From positions 1 through 28,620 of the forward strand of contig WBXG01000018.1 of assembly GCA_008932965.1 (NCBI GenBank): 28,620 bases of DNA, written 5' to 3'. Origin of the DNA: Verrucomicrobiota bacterium. GTDB taxonomy: Bacteria > Verrucomicrobiota > Verrucomicrobiia > Chthoniobacterales > UBA6821. Shown here one piece after another: positions 26,379-28,620 of this stretch. The position numbers and the translations under genes were made by a program. Under the pieces are notes generated by a model, which was not told where the DNA came from, searched no databases, and saw only the letters and a program-made list of their open reading frames with translations. Numbering within the stretch: the first letter of the stretch is position 1; each line of letters begins with the position of its first letter.

Positions 26379-26692
26379 TGCTGCCCAATTTTTTTGTGCT
26401 TCTTCAAGTTCACTTCTATCTTCCTCTGGAGTATTTTCTTCAAAAATAGGGTGAACACTTTTTTTACTGAAGCAACCAGAGGACCTACCTGTGTCGATAT
26501 TCTCTCTAAGAGCGAAGAAAATATTCTCTCTTTCACTGAAGGACGCCTTATATTTTGCCTCTGAGGAGAGCTAGAAACAAGGGTTATAGGCACACCGCTT
26601 AGAGATCCTTTATTATTTGGGGAACCAGAAAACTCTGTTTTGGACAAGAGATTTGTCCTACTACTCATTGGTCCAATGGGTCCTATACTCAT
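26375..26692 (-). CDS. hypothetical Ser/Pro-rich N-terminal fragment; probably the 5' portion of the same interrupted gene
   Basis: 105-aa ORF with an ATG start (MSIGPIGPMSSRTNLLSKTEFSGSPNNKGS...). After the A7 tract (plus-strand T7 at 26459-26465) its translation turns into Lys-rich, junk-like sequence, while the -1 frame continues as plausible protein into the 448-aa ORF. Confidence 0.45.
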   Translation of the reverse strand: MSIGPIGPMSSRTNLLSKTEFSGSPNNKGSLSGVPITLVSSSPQRQNIRRPSVKERIFSSLLERISTQVGPLVASVKKVFTLFLKKILQRKIEVNLKKHKKIGQH

Positions 26693-26813
26693 GATTCGTT
26701 TATTTGCCGAAAGAATAAGATTGCAGCTATAGATGAGTTTGCACTCCGTTGAATCATAAATTGCTTCAGTAGGAAATCAATATTATCGTGATCACCGTTT
26801 AACCCGGATATCG

Positions 26814-28388
26814 TTAATGATTACAATTACCAGTGTGTTTATGTCTATTCAGCCCCCATTCCTCACCAGGAGTAGCAGCAGCAGTAGCACGAGCAGGAAC
26901 TACTTCTCCATGGCCATGCTCTATTCCTATCAAGTCAATGAGTTCATGAATTTGACCATGAATCCATTCAAAAAAATCGACTATAGAACCCAATCTCACT
27001 CCTCTTAAGCCATTAGCTAATTCTTTAGCCACATTGATACCAAATCGACCTCCAATCATACATGCAATATCAAACATCGCATGTACGAACGTTCCCTCTG
27101 CTGCTGCATATTCTCCATTATAATACTCATGAGCAATAACACTTCCCATGTAGAGACAGTATGGAAGAATCATATATGCACCAAAATAGTTGAACGCTAT
27201 TGCCTCCAGTACTTCTGTTCCTACATTCGCAGTAATCCATTTAGCAGTAGTGTAACTTCCACAAGCGATATCAAGACCATAGTGGGTAGGGGCAGTAGCT
27301 TCATCAATGAGCTCCTGAGCTAGATCTTTCTTATTTTCTAATTTCTCATAGGAATTTTTAGAAGATGCAATTCTAAATCCTGTGGTATTATTTCGAGTGG
27401 TAATTTCCAGTGCCGTATGTTTACTACGATAGAGTTCACCTACTCCAGAAGCCCAAGATCCCCCACGTACAAAGCACTTAGAGATCCCTGAGCTCCTCTC
27501 AATATCATTTAGAGAATAAGTCCATTCACTCACATCTCCTCCCATATCAAAGGTCCCGTAAGGTCCAGGAGTATTCTTAAAGAAACCCACTGGTGTTAAG
27601 AAGGGCTCTCCACCAGTAGTGTATTCAGAGTACCACCACTGATTTTTCCTACAGTAATTTGCAGCTTCACTACTAGATCCTAAGCCATTCCACGGTTCTG
27701 ACATTGTTTGATTAGGATAGTTCCAGTAGAGAAAAGAATCTGAATCTTGAACTGAAGGAATGGGACTCTCAGGATCGTAGGAAATTATTTTTTCAGGATG
27801 ATGATGGTAGTAGGCAGCCTTATACCATTGATCTTCTGTGGGAAGAAAATAAGGACTACCTGCAAATGCCTCTATTGTAACCTCTTCATGATCGTCTTCC
27901 ATTGTCTCTATTGTGTAGGCCCCCGTTTCCGTGACCTCGGAGCTCTCCGCATCAGAAGGGGATCCATGACTGAGCCAATTACAGAAACGTAAACAGCAAA
28001 AAAGATCAACATAGGTGATTGGAAAATCCTCTCTCCCTGAAATCGCTTGGTAAGAAAAGAGCCCCTTGTCATCAATCACTCTTTTAATGCAACTCACTGC
28101 TGGATCATGCTCCATTCTTTCATCAAAAAGTTCATAAGGATCCTTTTTCTTAGCAACAGAATTGAGAAATTCTACGTATTGTTGTGCAGTAACTTTATAC
28201 TTCCCCATACAAAAGGGATCCTTAACCGCTCCCAAGCCTGTTTCACGATCTGCTTTGTTATTAGGATCAAGAATAGGAACAGATTCTATTTTTTCAAAAA
28301 GAGCTTTTTCATCATTGGCTCTCAAATGATGTAATGAGCTACCGAGAACGAGAAAAAGAAAAATGACTTTGGGGAAGGAGGATTTCAT
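26814..28388 (-). CDS. secreted FGE-sulfatase (SUMF1/DUF323) domain protein with an uncharacterised hydrophobic, His-rich C-terminal domain
   Basis: Signal-peptide-like start MKSSFPKVIFLFLVLGSSLHHLRA at the ATG at 28388; the tracked TTG at 28439 adds 17 unlikely residues. FGE-domain hallmarks are present: KYKVTAQQYVEFLN, PITYVDLFCCLRFCNWL, GGDVSEWT, VRGGSWAS and NNTTGFRIA. The last ~165 aa match no family I recognise. Confidence 0.75.
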   Translation of the reverse strand: MKSSFPKVIFLFLVLGSSLHHLRANDEKALFEKIESVPILDPNNKADRETGLGAVKDPFCMGKYKVTAQQYVEFLNSVAKKKDPYELFDERMEHDPAVSCIKRVIDDKGLFSYQAISGREDFPITYVDLFCCLRFCNWLSHGSPSDAESSEVTETGAYTIETMEDDHEEVTIEAFAGSPYFLPTEDQWYKAAYYHHHPEKIISYDPESPIPSVQDSDSFLYWNYPNQTMSEPWNGLGSSSEAANYCRKNQWWYSEYTTGGEPFLTPVGFFKNTPGPYGTFDMGGDVSEWTYSLNDIERSSGISKCFVRGGSWASGVGELYRSKHTALEITTRNNTTGFRIASSKNSYEKLENKKDLAQELIDEATAPTHYGLDIACGSYTTAKWITANVGTEVLEAIAFNYFGAYMILPYCLYMGSVIAHEYYNGEYAAAEGTFVHAMFDIACMIGGRFGINVAKELANGLRGVRLGSIVDFFEWIHGQIHELIDLIGIEHGHGEVVPARATAAATPGEEWGLNRHKHTGNCNH

Positions 28389-28481
28389 AGGCGGAGAACA
28401 ATACCATGAAATCAATATTTTGCTTGCGTCTGCTTGCAAATATTTAGCGCTTCCTTGCGCTAGAACGTATATTTCATACTA

Positions 28482-28620
28482 ACCCGCCTATTTCATACCG
28501 ATTCTGTTGCGGCTTGCGAACACCTGATGGATACTGCGTCAGCTTCGAATTGCTCCTCGGGCATTATGAAACATACAGCCGTCGTCGCAATCCATCACCT
28601 TCGTTGACTCGCTCGCTCCC
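28482..28620 (-). repeat. diverged long-form MITE-like element (copy E), inverted relative to D and truncated by the window end
   Basis: It starts with TA + ACCCGCCTATTTCATACCGAT. Bases 28602-28620 (CGTTGACTCGCTCGCTCCC) are the exact reverse complement of D 23841-23859. The loop and neighbouring region are colinear with the reverse complement of D. Confidence 0.75.

Noticed and set aside
28445-28462. Hairpin TAGCGC-ttcctt-GCGCTA between the FGE-domain gene start and element E
   Set aside because: The stem is only 6 bp, with no adjacent T-run on either strand. It lies upstream of a gene start, so a terminator call is unsupported.
952-28620. Whether the recurring repeats could be a CRISPR array or an IS element
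   Set aside because: The copies are 180-270 bp, kilobases apart, in both orientations and internally palindromic, so they are not short regularly spaced direct repeats. No transposase or cas ORF is associated. A non-autonomous MITE/REP-like element fits better.

Overview
Moderately AT-rich bacterial chromosomal window with about 25 protein-coding genes, most of them core housekeeping. From left to right: infB (3' part)-rbfA-DHH/NrnA-like-truB-ribF; convergent pyk; a peptide/nickel-type ABC importer (family-5 binding protein, two permeases, one ATPase); a GHL10/YngK-like hydrolase; a minus-strand run mutY-moeB(rhodanese fusion)-thrS-infC; then rnhC (RNase HIII), infA, a small acidic hypothetical, an acyl-CoA/AMP ligase, PolX-PHP polymerase and two tandem EamA/DMT transporter paralogs. 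The window ends with a lineage-specific minus-strand pair: a secreted FGE/SUMF1-domain protein and a Ser-rich/coiled-coil hypothetical split by a frameshift. I found no rRNA, tRNA, CRISPR array, transposase or recognisable defence/toxin system. The gene order and RNase HIII fit a PVC/Chlamydiae-like or similar lineage, but I cannot establish this without a database search. The most unusual signal is non-coding. A family of GC-rich, hairpin-forming, MITE-like palindromic elements has termini ACCYGGATATTTCATAC...GTATGAAATATCCRGGT flanked by TA. It occurs at least five times in 28.6 kb as short (~180 bp), long (~270 bp), decayed and fragment forms. All copies are intergenic and several abut or overlap stop codons. 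Other points: infC needs a non-canonical ATT start, thrS lacks the TGS domain, and an A7 tract separates two ORFs that look like one gene.
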